The translations under genes were made by a program, and so were the position numbers. From an uncultured SAR116 cluster alpha proteobacterium (lineage in GTDB: Bacteria; Pseudomonadota; Alphaproteobacteria; Puniceispirillales; Marisalimonadaceae), in contig CACJQK010000005.1 in the NCBI GenBank assembly GCA_902595515.1, positions 3,163 through 67,162 on the forward strand: a DNA stretch of 64,000 nt, read 5' to 3'. Below are positions 13,359 to 23,829 of this stretch, in pieces. Numbering within the stretch: the first letter of the stretch is position 1; every line of letters starts with the position of its first letter. The notes under the pieces are model-generated. The model searched no databases and was not told the DNA's origin. It worked only from the letters and a program-made list of their open reading frames with translations.

Positions 13359-14351
13359 TTATAAAAATTTTGGTTGTCCAATTCTAATTATTGATGCTCC
13401 CCAACTTAAACCACCACCAATTGCATGAATACCAATAAGATTGCCATTTAAGATTTTTTTGGATGACATAGCTTTGTCCAAGGCTAGTGGAATTGAAGCT
13501 GCAGAAGTGTTTCCATGGTCCTTGACTGTTGAAATTACTTTGCTGATGTCAATATTCATTCTATCAGCAACTGCTAAAATTATTCTCTGATTTGCTTGAT
13601 GAGGTACCAACCAATCTATTTCATTAATTTTTTTATCAGAAAGTATCAATGCTTCTTCAAGAGAAGTAGAAAGTTTTTCAACTGCATGTTTGAAAACTTC
13701 TTTGCCAACCATTTCAATTACTCCAGTTTTTTGATTACTGGAAACACCACCATTTGTTTTCAATAAATTATAATATTTGCCGTCTGAATGTATTACATTA
13801 GATAACAAGCCCCAATCATTATAATTATTTTCAAAATTGTTAAATTTTTGAAGTAAAACCGCTCCTGCACCATCCCCAAACAATACTGAAGTAGATCTAT
13901 CCTTCCAATCCAATAACTTTGACATTGAATCAGCACCTATTACTAAACAATTCTGATAAACTCCATCAGTCATCATTGACTTAGCAATAGATAATGCAAA
14001 AATAAAACCAGCACATACAGCTTGAACATCAAAAGAAACAGCATTTACACATAATTTTTTTTGTACTAATGAAGCCGTAGAAGGAAATGTGTTATCAGGA
14101 GTTGTTGTAGCGACTATGATTAAATCAACATCATTTTTTGAAATTCTAGCATTTTCAATTGCTTTTATGGCCGCTAAAAAAGCCATATCAGAAGTTGTTT
14201 CATTTTCTGAAACATAATGACGACTTTTAATACCTGATCTTTTTGAAATCCATTCATCAGAGGTATCAACAAATTTTGCAAGATTATTATTTGAACATTT
14301 ATTAATTGGCAGATAAGCCCCAACCCCAGTTAATAATATTTTATAAGAAAT
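13359..14351 (-). CDS. fabH: Beta-ketoacyl-ACP synthase III; start extended to an ATT codon
   Basis: QAVCAGF, PHQAN, HGNTSAAS catalytic motifs; the frame continues 55 codons upstream of the track start with a typical FabH N-terminus (ILLTGVGAYLP...VDTSDEWISKRSGI) to ATT at 14351, 8 nt after AGGAG. Confidence 0.93.
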   Translation of the reverse strand: MSYKILLTGVGAYLPINKCSNNNLAKFVDTSDEWISKRSGIKSRHYVSENETTSDMAFLAAIKAIENARISKNDVDLIIVATTTPDNTFPSTASLVQKKLCVNAVSFDVQAVCAGFIFALSIAKSMMTDGVYQNCLVIGADSMSKLLDWKDRSTSVLFGDGAGAVLLQKFNNFENNYNDWGLLSNVIHSDGKYYNLLKTNGGVSSNQKTGVIEMVGKEVFKHAVEKLSTSLEEALILSDKKINEIDWLVPHQANQRIILAVADRMNIDISKVISTVKDHGNTSAASIPLALDKAMSSKKILNGNLIGIHAIGGGLSWGASIIRIGQPKFL

Positions 14352-14376
14352 TTTAAAATCTCCTAATATTCTAATA

Positions 14377-15396
14377 TTAAAGACTATTTTCTATCTTACT
14401 AATTTTATTTTTTAAATCAGAAATAAAATTATATCTAACCATATCAACAGCTACTCCTATTGCGTTAGCAAAACCAAAAGCATCTGTTCCACCATGACTT
14501 TTAACGGCAATACCATTAAGCCCTAAGAATACAGCTCCATTGTATTTTCTTGGATCCATTTGAAGTCTAAAATCATTTATTGCTTTTTTTGCAAATAAAT
14601 AACCAATTTTTGATCTAATAGAACTTGAAAGTGCTTTTTTTAAATAAGAAGTTACTAATAAAGCAGTACCTTCAGCAGTTTTAAGAGATACATTACCACT
14701 GAAACCATCTGCAATAACTACGTCCGATAGGCCTTGAGCAATTTTGTCACCCTCAATGAAACCTTTATAGTTAATTTGGTTTTTAAGATCCATTAATATT
14801 TTTGAAGCTTCTCTAATATAATCTAAACCTTTTTGTTCTTCTTCTCCAATATTAAGAAGAGATATTGTTGGATTTTTTATTCCCATCACGATGTTAGCAA
14901 AAGCTTGACCCATAAAAGCAAATTGGACTAAATTTTTAGCATCACACTCAATATTTGCACCTAGATCTAACATACAACTTTCTCCAACTATAGTTGGGAA
15001 ATAAGCCGCGATAGCAGGTCTAGTTATTCCATCCATTGGTCTTAAAATTAGCTTTGTCATAGCCATCAGAGCACCAGTGTTACCTGCAGAAACTAATGCG
15101 TCTGCCTTGCCTGTCTTAACAAGTTGAATAGCCATACTCATAGAAGAATTTTTTCCTTTACGCACAGCCACACTAGGCTTTTCATTTGCATCAATAATGT
15201 CATTTGTATGAAAAACATTCGAATTTTTAAGTATATCCAAAGTATTAATTAATGGTAAAATTTTATTTTCATTTCCAAAAAAAGAAAATTTTAAATTAGG
15301 ATATCTAATTTTAGATTGAGCAGCACCCTCAATTACAATTTCAGGAGCATTATCTCCACCCATTGCATCTAATGATAAGTGTATTGATTTTGTCAA
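14377..15396 (-). CDS. plsX: Phosphate acyltransferase PlsX
   Basis: DAMGGDNAP, SAGNTGA, DLGAN, KSHG; TTG start with GGAG RBS. Confidence 0.96.
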   Translation of the reverse strand: MTKSIHLSLDAMGGDNAPEIVIEGAAQSKIRYPNLKFSFFGNENKILPLINTLDILKNSNVFHTNDIIDANEKPSVAVRKGKNSSMSMAIQLVKTGKADALVSAGNTGALMAMTKLILRPMDGITRPAIAAYFPTIVGESCMLDLGANIECDAKNLVQFAFMGQAFANIVMGIKNPTISLLNIGEEEQKGLDYIREASKILMDLKNQINYKGFIEGDKIAQGLSDVVIADGFSGNVSLKTAEGTALLVTSYLKKALSSSIRSKIGYLFAKKAINDFRLQMDPRKYNGAVFLGLNGIAVKSHGGTDAFGFANAIGVAVDMVRYNFISDLKNKISKIENSL

Positions 15397-15482
15397 AATA
15401 ACTCCAATAAAAATTAAATTAATATAATCTTGGAATAGTAAACTATTAACAATAACATTTGATTAATGCAAATTAATAAATC

Positions 15483-16046
15483 TTAGAAATTTTGGTTAAG
15501 TGAAAAATCATTAAGTTTAGGAAAAGCAAATTTTTCTGATAAGAAATAATCAAGGTCCTTATTGCCAAATTCGTAAATACATTTTTTACAATATTTAGTT
15601 AATTTTTCAGGTTCATTACTTAATTGATTAACATTTCTATAAACATTATTAATAAGACTTTTTTTAAGCTTGAAAAAATTATTATTCTCAAAGCAATCGC
15701 AGTAGGATTTTTGACGTCCCATATAAGACTTTATCATGTCTTTTATTTTAATATGAACTCCTGCATCTCCAGCACCCATCTCACGTAAACTTAAATCTAA
15801 ATCTAAAAAAATTTTATCAAATAAAATTTGTGATAATTCAATCCCTTTTTTTCCTGTTTTCGATAAAGAAAATGTTAATATAATCGAAAACAATACTAAA
15901 AGATCATATCTTCCGTCCAAAGTGTCTGGTACATTTAATTTACTGTAAAATATTTTATTTCTAGAAACATTAATAATTTTTTGATAAAATGAATCTACTA
16001 AGTTTCTTTGTTGATGTTTTGACATTGCATAAGAATTAAAAAACAT
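15483..16046 (-). CDS. Ubiquinol-cytochrome c chaperone (Cbp3/UQCC1 family)
   Basis: VPDTLDGRYDLL, DLSLREMGAGD; divergent from bamE. Confidence 0.85.
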   Translation of the reverse strand: MFFNSYAMSKHQQRNLVDSFYQKIINVSRNKIFYSKLNVPDTLDGRYDLLVLFSIILTFSLSKTGKKGIELSQILFDKIFLDLDLSLREMGAGDAGVHIKIKDMIKSYMGRQKSYCDCFENNNFFKLKKSLINNVYRNVNQLSNEPEKLTKYCKKCIYEFGNKDLDYFLSEKFAFPKLNDFSLNQNF

Positions 16047-16121
16047 ATCTTAGTTATCCATTAAATAAGATTTAAAAATTATGAATACATACATCAAATA
16101 GACTAAATTGGAAATATATAT

Positions 16122-16553
16122 ATGTATTATTTAAGTCCTTTTATTTTTCTACTTCTGTTTTTTTTAAATTCATGTTCTCAAAATTTTCAAAACAACGGTC
16201 TGTCTGAGAAAAAAATAAAAAACTTTAACGTGGAAATTGGAAAAACGTCAAAAAAACAATTGATATCAAAATATGGTCCACCCATATTTGAGAATTTATT
16301 TAATAATAATACCATTTATTATGTTTCACATAATACTAGTTATAAAACTTTTACAAAACGCAAGACAAATAAATTATTAGTTTTCGAAATTTTACTAGAT
16401 GATAAAAATATTGTAAAAGAATTCAAAAAATTTACAGAAAAAGACAATTTAGATATAGTCATATCAAAAAATGAGGATAATAAAGATTTTGATTTATCAT
16501 TTTTTTGGAGAGATATAATTAATGCATTGAGAAAAAGAAATATTGATGATTAG
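16122..16553 (+). CDS. bamE: Outer membrane assembly lipoprotein BamE-like
   Basis: Lipobox LNSC, GKTSKKQLISKYGPP; conserved position. Confidence 0.72.
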   Translation: MYYLSPFIFLLLFFLNSCSQNFQNNGLSEKKIKNFNVEIGKTSKKQLISKYGPPIFENLFNNNTIYYVSHNTSYKTFTKRKTNKLLVFEILLDDKNIVKEFKKFTEKDNLDIVISKNEDNKDFDLSFFWRDIINALRKRNIDD

Positions 16554-17497
16554 AAATGCATATACGCGTCTTTTGGTTTTGAATAATTATTTTTAAATAT
16601 TAAATATTGATCTTTAAACTTTTTAAATTCACCAATCTTGGTTAATTTTAAGTTAATTTTAGATGATAAATTTTTTAAAAAACTTTTATGACAAGGACTG
16701 CACGAAAATAATAGTTCATAATCGTCACCTCCATATAAAGCAAAATTCAATTTATTTTTTTTACTTATAGTTTCAATTTTTGGCAAAGGTATCTTATTCA
16801 AGTTTAATTCTATTGATAATTTTGAATTCTTGGCTAAGTGTGTGGCATCTTGCGCCAATCCATCTGATATGTCTATCATTGAATTAGCAATGTTTTGTAG
16901 TGCAATACCCAGATCTATTCTAGGTTCAGGAATTAGATATCTTTTTTTAGCCAATTCTAATTCTTTATAATTAAGATAAAAGTTGTCTAGACCTATTTTT
17001 GACAAACCTAGTACGCCTGAAACATATAGATAATCACCTAATTTTGAAGAACTTCTAGATATAGCTTTACCAGATAAAGTTTCACCAAATATTGTTATAG
17101 TTATATTTATATATTTTAATGAAGAAGTTAAATCTCCTCCAATCAATTTTAAATTAAAAAAATTCTGGTCTTCTTCAAGACCTTTTGCAAATTTTGGAAT
17201 AAATATTCTTACTTTTTCTTTAGGTACACTTAGTGCTAAGTTGTAAAATACAGGTTTAGCTCCCATAGCAGCCATATCAGAAAGGTTTACCCTCAGGCTC
17301 TTTTTTGCGATATCAGCTGGATCTTCGTTTCCGAAAAAATGTATACCTTCCACTAAAGTGTCAGTGCTTATTATTAAGTCATATCCTGACCTTTGATTAA
17401 ATATGGCAGCATCATTCTTTAAATCTCTAGCAATTTCATTTGTAAGAGGTTTAAAGTATTTCTCTATATAAACAAATTCATTCATTTTATTTATCAA
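16550..17497 (-). CDS. thiL: Thiamine-monophosphate kinase
   Basis: DTLVEGIHF, NLSDMAAMGA, DISDGL, GGDDYEL. Confidence 0.95.
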   Translation of the reverse strand: MINKMNEFVYIEKYFKPLTNEIARDLKNDAAIFNQRSGYDLIISTDTLVEGIHFFGNEDPADIAKKSLRVNLSDMAAMGAKPVFYNLALSVPKEKVRIFIPKFAKGLEEDQNFFNLKLIGGDLTSSLKYINITITIFGETLSGKAISRSSSKLGDYLYVSGVLGLSKIGLDNFYLNYKELELAKKRYLIPEPRIDLGIALQNIANSMIDISDGLAQDATHLAKNSKLSIELNLNKIPLPKIETISKKNKLNFALYGGDDYELLFSCSPCHKSFLKNLSSKINLKLTKIGEFKKFKDQYLIFKNNYSKPKDAYMHF

Positions 17498-17967
17498 TCA
17501 AATTCTTGAGATATATTATCTAAAATACCATTTGTAAAATCTTTGTTACCACCAAAAACTTCAATTATACTTATATATTCATTTATAATAGTTAATTTTT
17601 TAAATTGTTTTGCAAACAATAATTCGTAAGTAGCTAATCTTAGTACAGATTTTTCAGTTTCATTTAACCTATCAAAAGACCAATTTTTGGAAAGCTTTGA
17701 AGAAATAATTTCATCAATTTTTGAAATATTATTATGAACACCTTTAATAATTGTTTCAAAAAGTTGAAAATCAATTTTTTGTAATCCTAATTCTTTTAGG
17801 ATTGAAGGTAAATAATTTTCTAAGTATGAAGATATAACATAGTCAATATTATCATTTACAAAAGATGCACCATATAACACTTGCGTAGAACAAATTCTTG
17901 AGGCAGTTTTTTTTCTTATTGAAATATATCTTACATTTTTTTTTAAATTTATATCCCTATCTTTCAT
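17494..17967 (-). CDS. nusB: Transcription antitermination factor NusB (divergent)
   Basis: WSFDRL...LRLATYEL...INEY...FTNGILD; ribH-nusB-thiL order; ATG at 17967 preferred over track start 17991. Confidence 0.85.
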   Translation of the reverse strand: MKDRDINLKKNVRYISIRKKTASRICSTQVLYGASFVNDNIDYVISSYLENYLPSILKELGLQKIDFQLFETIIKGVHNNISKIDEIISSKLSKNWSFDRLNETEKSVLRLATYELLFAKQFKKLTIINEYISIIEVFGGNKDFTNGILDNISQEFD

Positions 17968-18409
17968 AATTATTACTATTTTTAATATCAATTAGTGATA
18001 AACAAGCCAATGCGGCATCGGCTCCTTTATTTAATTGAAAAGGATCAGATCTTTTTATGGCTTGATCCTTATTTGAGACTGTTAAAATTCCATTACCAAT
18101 TGGTATAGAATGATTAATTGACAAATCTGTTAAAGCTCTTGCAGACTCATTGGCAACAATTTGAAAATGATATGTTTCTCCCTTTATAACACAACCCAGA
18201 GCAACAAAACCGTCGAACAATGTTTTTTTAAAAGATTTATCTAAAATTAATTTAATGGCAGGAGCAATTTCCAAAGCTCCTGGGACATTCAAAATATTAA
18301 AATCTATTGATTTAGAAATAAGAAGATTTGAAGCTCCTTCTATCAGATTATTAGTAATTTTTTTATAATATGGAGAACAAACTAGTAAAACTTTTCTTTT
18401 CTTCAACAT
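17957..18409 (-). CDS. ribH: 6,7-dimethyl-8-ribityllumazine synthase
   Basis: VPGALEI, GCVIKGETYH, NKGADAA. Confidence 0.95.
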   Translation of the reverse strand: MLKKRKVLLVCSPYYKKITNNLIEGASNLLISKSIDFNILNVPGALEIAPAIKLILDKSFKKTLFDGFVALGCVIKGETYHFQIVANESARALTDLSINHSIPIGNGILTVSNKDQAIKRSDPFQLNKGADAALACLSLIDIKNSNNYER

Positions 18410-18410
18410 A

Positions 18411-19511
18411 TTATTCGCCCAATTTTTTCCATTTTTTTATAGTCAATCCAAATCCTCCCAAACCAACAGCATTAGCTCTTTTGTTAGATAAAACAGTCAT
18501 ATTTCTAACTCCTAGATCAGATAAAATTTGTGCTCCAACACCATAGTCCCTTATGTTTATATTATTGTTTTTGGCTGTTCCTAGAGTTTTAGAAATTTTA
18601 TTTGACAAAGTTTCAGTTGATATATCTCTAATTAAAATAATAACACCATTCCCTTTTTTGGCTATTGTCTCCATTGCAATTGATAGCTCAGAACCATTTC
18701 TATCAGTTGATTGATTACCTAGAACATCTGATAAAAGATCCAAAGCATGAACTCTTACCAAAATATCATCTTTTTTATTGATAACGCCTTTTACGAGAGC
18801 AATATGTTCAGATTTATCTATTACGTTTTTATAAATAATAATTCTCCAAACACCACCAAACTTACTTTCAAGAATTGATTCAGAAACACGTTTAATATAT
18901 ATTTCATTTTTTCTTCTATAAGCAATTAGATCAGAAATAGACCCTATTTTTATATTATGTTTTTTAGAAAAATCTATAAGATCAGGTAATCTAGCCATTT
19001 CTCCATTATCTTTCATTATTTCACAAATAACACCAGAAGGATTTGCATTAGCAAGTTTTGCTATATCTACTACTGCTTCTGTATGACCTGCTCTTATCAA
19101 AGTTCCACCATCTTTAGCAATTAATGGAAAAACATGTCCAGGAGTCGTGATTTCGTTTTGAGATGCATTAAGATTAATAGCAGTTTTAATAGTCAATGAC
19201 CGGTCTGCTGCAGAAATACCTGTAGTAACTCCTTTAGTAGCTTCAATGGATACTGTAAAAGCTGTCTCAAATCTTCCTTCATTTCTTCTTTCCATTAATG
19301 ACAAACCTAAATTTTCAGATTGAGAGCGAGTTAATGATAAGCAAATAAGACCTCTTCCATATTTTGCCATAAAATTTATTACATCTGGAGAAGCAAATTC
19401 ACCCAGAATACATAAATCACCCTCATTTTCTCTATTTTCATCATCAACTAATATAAAAATTTTGCCTACCGCAGCATCTTTTATAACATCTTCAATACTA
19501 GACAAACCCAT
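18411..19511 (-). CDS. ribB: DHBP synthase with degenerate GTP cyclohydrolase II-like C-terminal domain
   Basis: DDENRENEGD, PGHVFPL, RAGHTEA; the C-terminal domain (LVRVH...RDYGVGAQIL) lacks the Zn-binding cysteines. Confidence 0.92.
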   Translation of the reverse strand: MGLSSIEDVIKDAAVGKIFILVDDENRENEGDLCILGEFASPDVINFMAKYGRGLICLSLTRSQSENLGLSLMERRNEGRFETAFTVSIEATKGVTTGISAADRSLTIKTAINLNASQNEITTPGHVFPLIAKDGGTLIRAGHTEAVVDIAKLANANPSGVICEIMKDNGEMARLPDLIDFSKKHNIKIGSISDLIAYRRKNEIYIKRVSESILESKFGGVWRIIIYKNVIDKSEHIALVKGVINKKDDILVRVHALDLLSDVLGNQSTDRNGSELSIAMETIAKKGNGVIILIRDISTETLSNKISKTLGTAKNNNINIRDYGVGAQILSDLGVRNMTVLSNKRANAVGLGGFGLTIKKWKKLGE

Positions 19512-19551
19512 TTGAACTCCAAAATAAATTATTTAATATATATTAACATAA

Positions 19552-20163
19552 TTACTTGTTTGCATTAAGACTTTCTAAATATCTTACTAAAATATCAAAC
19601 TCTATATTTACTAATGTCCCAATAACATAATTTTTGAAACTAGTATTTAACCAAGTATGCGGGATAATATTTACAGAAAAAAAATCCTTACCAACATCAT
19701 TAACAGTTAGAGAGACACCATCAACTGACACAGAACCCTTGGGAGCAAAATACTTTGAAAAATCTTTATTAATATTGAATATAATTTTGTATGAACCATT
19801 AATTTTTTTGATATATTTAACAATAGCGGTAGTATCAACATGGCCATAAACAAAATGTCCACCTAATTCATCCCCAACTTTTAAAGATCTCTCTAAATTA
19901 ATTAGAGATCCAACTTTCCAAGTAGAAAAATTTGTTTTTTCTCTGGTTTCGTCACTTACATCAAAAAATAATGTATTATTAGAAATTTTTTTTAAAGTTA
20001 GACAAATTCCAGAGCAAGATATAGAAGCACCAATGTCTATTGTATCAATCTTAAAATTATTGTCTAAATTATTTTTATTTATAACATCAACCAACAATTC
20101 CCAATCATTAGGATGGGATATTTGATTAATTTTTCCCAAATTACTTACTATACCTGTAAACAT
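19552..20163 (-). CDS. ribE: Riboflavin synthase (alpha chain)
   Basis: MFTGI start, GICLT, NLERSL...GGHFVYGHVD. Confidence 0.95.
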   Translation of the reverse strand: MFTGIVSNLGKINQISHPNDWELLVDVINKNNLDNNFKIDTIDIGASISCSGICLTLKKISNNTLFFDVSDETREKTNFSTWKVGSLINLERSLKVGDELGGHFVYGHVDTTAIVKYIKKINGSYKIIFNINKDFSKYFAPKGSVSVDGVSLTVNDVGKDFFSVNIIPHTWLNTSFKNYVIGTLVNIEFDILVRYLESLNANK

Positions 20164-20171
20164 AGAAAATC

Positions 20172-21275
20172 CTAACTTATCAAATTTCTTATTTCTAAAA
20201 TGTCATTTCCAAAAGTTTTTGAACTAGAAATTTTATAATCTTTGAGATCATTAATTTCTTTAAAGTTTAGGTTATTTACAAAAGACAACCCATCATTGCC
20301 AATAATATTTCCTGAACGAAAGATTAATAATTCATCTACTAAATTCAAAGATAACAATAAAGTATTTATAATTGAACCTGTTTCAATTAATAAATTATTT
20401 ATTCCTTTGCTAGCTAAATCTGTAAAAATAAAATTAAAAAATTCCTCATCACTAAATTGCTTATCAACTTTGATTTTCTTTAAAAATTTATTCTCATTCA
20501 AATGATCTTTTGTTTCCAAAACAGAATAAAGAAAAATATCTTTTTTATTTGATGTATCAAATATATTGTATTTTGAGGACACTTTTAAAAATCTATCCAA
20601 TATAACTTTAATGGGACTATTTATTTGTAATCCATTTAATCTACAATTCATTCTAGGATTATCATTTAAAATAGTAGAACTTGAAGTCATTATAGCATCA
20701 TTTTGTGATCTTAATAAATGTGAATAAGATCGACTTAATTCGTTAGTTATCCATTTAGATTTGTTATTCTTTAAGGCAATTTTACCGTCTAATGAACATG
20801 CAATTTTTAACGAAACATAAGGTTTTTTGTTTAATATTCTTGAAAAAAAACCATCATAAAGTTTTCCAGCTTGATCTTTCAAAAAATTTTCATGAACTTT
20901 AATTTCTTTTTTTTTTAAAAAATTAATCCCTTTTTTGTTAGTTCTTGGATCTGGATCCACACAACCAACAAAAACTTCTTTGATACCAGTTTTATAAATT
21001 TGGTCTACGCAAGATAAACCATTAATATTTTTATGTGCACACGGTTCTAGAGTAACATACATTGAAGACCCGATTAGATTTTTTTTGTCAGAAACATTAT
21101 TTATTGCTTCTTCTTCAGCATGTGGCCTGCCTGACAAACCAGTCTTACCATAAGATAATAATAAATCATTTTTAACAATCACACATCCTACCGGTGGATT
21201 TTTACCTGTTGCACCCTTAGATCTTAAACCCTGTAGAATTGCATAATTCATCCATTTTGTATGATTTGCTAACAT
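20172..21275 (-). CDS. ribD: Riboflavin biosynthesis deaminase/reductase
   Basis: NPPVGC, HAE, TLEPC, SLDGKIA. Confidence 0.94.
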   Translation of the reverse strand: MLANHTKWMNYAILQGLRSKGATGKNPPVGCVIVKNDLLLSYGKTGLSGRPHAEEEAINNVSDKKNLIGSSMYVTLEPCAHKNINGLSCVDQIYKTGIKEVFVGCVDPDPRTNKKGINFLKKKEIKVHENFLKDQAGKLYDGFFSRILNKKPYVSLKIACSLDGKIALKNNKSKWITNELSRSYSHLLRSQNDAIMTSSSTILNDNPRMNCRLNGLQINSPIKVILDRFLKVSSKYNIFDTSNKKDIFLYSVLETKDHLNENKFLKKIKVDKQFSDEEFFNFIFTDLASKGINNLLIETGSIINTLLLSLNLVDELLIFRSGNIIGNDGLSFVNNLNFKEINDLKDYKISSSKTFGNDILEIRNLIS

Positions 21276-21295
21276 TGATTAACTATAATTTGTTA

Positions 21296-21745
21296 TTATT
21301 TGATTTCTTGTTCTACAAATTTACCAAAATCGTCGGCTTCTCTAAAGTCTCTATATACTGAAGCATACCTAATATATGCAACATTATCAATTTCTGCCAA
21401 AGCATTCATTACTAATTCACCAATAAGTTTTGATTGGATATCATTTTCACCATACGATTCAAGTTGTCTGACAATACCATTAACAGCGCGCTCAATTGCA
21501 TCATCTTCAGTTTGTCGCTTGCGAAGTGCCATTAACATTGATTTCAAAAGTTTATCTCTTTCGAAAGGAATCTTTTTTCCATTTCTCTTTATTACATTTA
21601 AGTCTCTTAATTGAATTCTTTCAAAAGTTGTAAATCTTGAGCCACAGCTAGTACATAATCTTCTTCTTCTAATTGAGCCACCATCGTCACTTGCCCTAGA
21701 ATCTTTTACTTGTGTATCGTCTTTCCCACAAAAAGGGCATCTCAT
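21296..21745 (-). CDS. nrdR: Transcriptional repressor NrdR
   Basis: MRCPFC zinc ribbon, RRRRLC, ATP-cone, AYIRYASVY. Confidence 0.97.
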   Translation of the reverse strand: MRCPFCGKDDTQVKDSRASDDGGSIRRRRLCTSCGSRFTTFERIQLRDLNVIKRNGKKIPFERDKLLKSMLMALRKRQTEDDAIERAVNGIVRQLESYGENDIQSKLIGELVMNALAEIDNVAYIRYASVYRDFREADDFGKFVEQEIK

Positions 21746-21761
21746 AATATTCTCCTATAAA

Positions 21762-23033
21762 TTAATAAATTGGAAAACTCGCACATAAATGCTTAACTTT
21801 TTCATAAATAATTTTTTCTTTTTCTAGGTCCGATTTATTATCTTTGAAACCGTCTAAAACATCTGCAATAAAGTTTCCAATTAATTCAAATTCTTTTTCT
21901 TGAAAACCTCTAGTTGTTGCAGCTGCGGAGCCAAATCTAACACCTGATGTGATGGATGGTGGTAAAGGGTCGAATGGAATACCATTTTTATTACAAGTTA
22001 GACCAGCATTTTCAAGAGCCAATTCTGCGCTAGCGCCTGTTATATTCTTATTATTTAGATTTAATAAAACTATATGATTATCAGTTCCACCAGAAACTAT
22101 TTCATAACCTCTTTTTATTAATGTTTTAGATAAAAATTGAGCATTTAAAACTACGTTTTTGGCATATGTTTTAAATTCGTTTGTTAGTGCTTCTCCAAAA
22201 CCTGCAGCTTTACCAGCAATTACATGCATTAATGGACCACCCTGAAGACCAGGGAAAACAGCAGAATTTATTTTTTTAAATAGCTCTTCATTATTTGTTA
22301 AAATCATTCCACCTCTTCCAGATCTGAGGGTTTTATGAGTAGTTGTTGTTACTATATCTGCATAATCAATAGGGTTTGGATGAACACCACCTGCAACCAA
22401 ACCTGAAAAATGAGCCATATCCACTAATAAATAGGCATTAATTTTATTTGCTATTTCTCTAAATTTATCAAAATCAATTATTCTAGGATAAGCAGAACCT
22501 CCCGCAATGATCAGTTTTGGTTTATGTTTGATAGAAAGTTTTTCAATTTCTTCAAAATCTATTAATGAATCCTCTTTCCTTACACCGTATTGAATTGCGT
22601 TAAACCATTTTCCAGAAAGATTGGGTTTAGCACCATGTGTCAAATGGCCACCAGCTGCCAAACTCATTCCAAGTATAGTGTCGTCTGGCTTTAATAAACT
22701 AAGAAACACAGCCTGATTTGCTTGTGCACCTGAGTGCGGCTGTACATTTACAAAGTTAGAATTAAAAAGTTTTTTTGCTCTATCAATTGCAAGTTTTTCA
22801 ACTTCATCTACATATTCACATCCACCATAATATCTTTTACCAAAGTAACCTTCAGCATATTTATTTGTTAAAACAGAGCCTTGTGCCTGTAAGACTGATT
22901 TTGAAACTATATTTTCTGATGCTATCAACTCAATTTGGTTTTGTTGTCTATCAAGTTCTTTGTTAAGAGATTGATATAAGACTGGATCATAATCACTTAT
23001 ATCTTTGTTAAAAAAACCATCTTTAAAAAACAT
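21762..23033 (-). CDS. glyA: Serine hydroxymethyltransferase
   Basis: [24 protein letters not shown] lysine. Confidence 0.98.
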   Translation of the reverse strand: MFFKDGFFNKDISDYDPVLYQSLNKELDRQQNQIELIASENIVSKSVLQAQGSVLTNKYAEGYFGKRYYGGCEYVDEVEKLAIDRAKKLFNSNFVNVQPHSGAQANQAVFLSLLKPDDTILGMSLAAGGHLTHGAKPNLSGKWFNAIQYGVRKEDSLIDFEEIEKLSIKHKPKLIIAGGSAYPRIIDFDKFREIANKINAYLLVDMAHFSGLVAGGVHPNPIDYADIVTTTTHKTLRSGRGGMILTNNEELFKKINSAVFPGLQGGPLMHVIAGKAAGFGEALTNEFKTYAKNVVLNAQFLSKTLIKRGYEIVSGGTDNHIVLLNLNNKNITGASAELALENAGLTCNKNGIPFDPLPPSITSGVRFGSAAATTRGFQEKEFELIGNFIADVLDGFKDNKSDLEKEKIIYEKVKHLCASFPIY

Positions 23034-23056
23034 TTATCTATCCTTATTATTAAATT

Positions 23057-23485
23057 CTATATTTTATCAACTCTTGAACTATGTCTTCCAGCTTCAAAAT
23101 CAGTTTGCAAAAACTCTTTTACTATTTCCAAAGCTAATTTTTCTTCTAAAATTCTTCCACCCAACGCAAGCACATTAGCGTCATTATGTTTCCTGCTTTT
23201 TGAGGCCATTTCAACACTTGTACACAACGCAGCTCTTATATGCGGGAATCTGTTTGCAGCCATTGAAATACCAATTCCTGTTCCGCAAAAAAGTATACCC
23301 TTAGAATCAGTTTTATCTTTAATTTTTTTAGATAAGAGTTTTGCAAAATCTGGATAATCTACTGGTTCTAAAGAAGAACAACCTAAATCTTCATACTCAA
23401 TGTTATTATCTATAAAAAAACCTCTAACTTTTTCTTTAAGTTCAAACCCAGCATGATCTGAGGATAAAAAAATTTTATTAAACAT
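23057..23485 (-). CDS. rpiB: Ribose-5-phosphate isomerase B
   Basis: SDHAG, DYPD, CGTGIG, HNDANVL, GRH. Confidence 0.96.
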   Translation of the reverse strand: MFNKIFLSSDHAGFELKEKVRGFFIDNNIEYEDLGCSSLEPVDYPDFAKLLSKKIKDKTDSKGILFCGTGIGISMAANRFPHIRAALCTSVEMASKSRKHNDANVLALGGRILEEKLALEIVKEFLQTDFEAGRHSSRVDKI

Positions 23486-23574
23486 TATTATATAACCAAC
23501 GAAAATACTTAATGATTTTTACCTCAGAAAAACTCAAAGTTCAATTTCAAAATGTAACATAAAAGATGATATAT

Positions 23575-23823
23575 TTATAAAATATAATTGTTAAAAAAGT
23601 TATCAAATATTTTTTTTTCAATCACCCAATAAATTAAAGAAGCTGGTATAAACGATATTAAAAAAGAAATAATTACCTTAGTTTTTAAATTAGTTTTATC
23701 TGGAGCAGAGTTTGCCAATCCTTCTTCATGATGCTCAGAAACATTAACACCTATTGGAAGTGAAATAAAAAAAGAAATCATCCAAATCATTAAAAAAACC
23801 ACTATATATGATACTAAACTCAT
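23575..23823 (-). CDS. DUF1467-like small membrane protein
   Basis: Two TMs with LPIGV...G...SAP; usual position downstream of rnj. Confidence 0.75.
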   Translation of the reverse strand: MSLVSYIVVFLMIWMISFFISLPIGVNVSEHHEEGLANSAPDKTNLKTKVIISFLISFIPASLIYWVIEKKIFDNFFNNYIL

Positions 23824-23829
23824 CTATCT

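Noticed and set aside
15397-15482. Hidden DUF177 or rpmF gene upstream of plsX
   Set aside because: Only 86 bp of AT-rich spacer with no suitable ORF; absence at this site is not unusual
18411-19511. RibB C-terminal domain lacking GTP cyclohydrolase II cysteines as a novelty
   Set aside because: RibBX-type fusions are common in Proteobacteria
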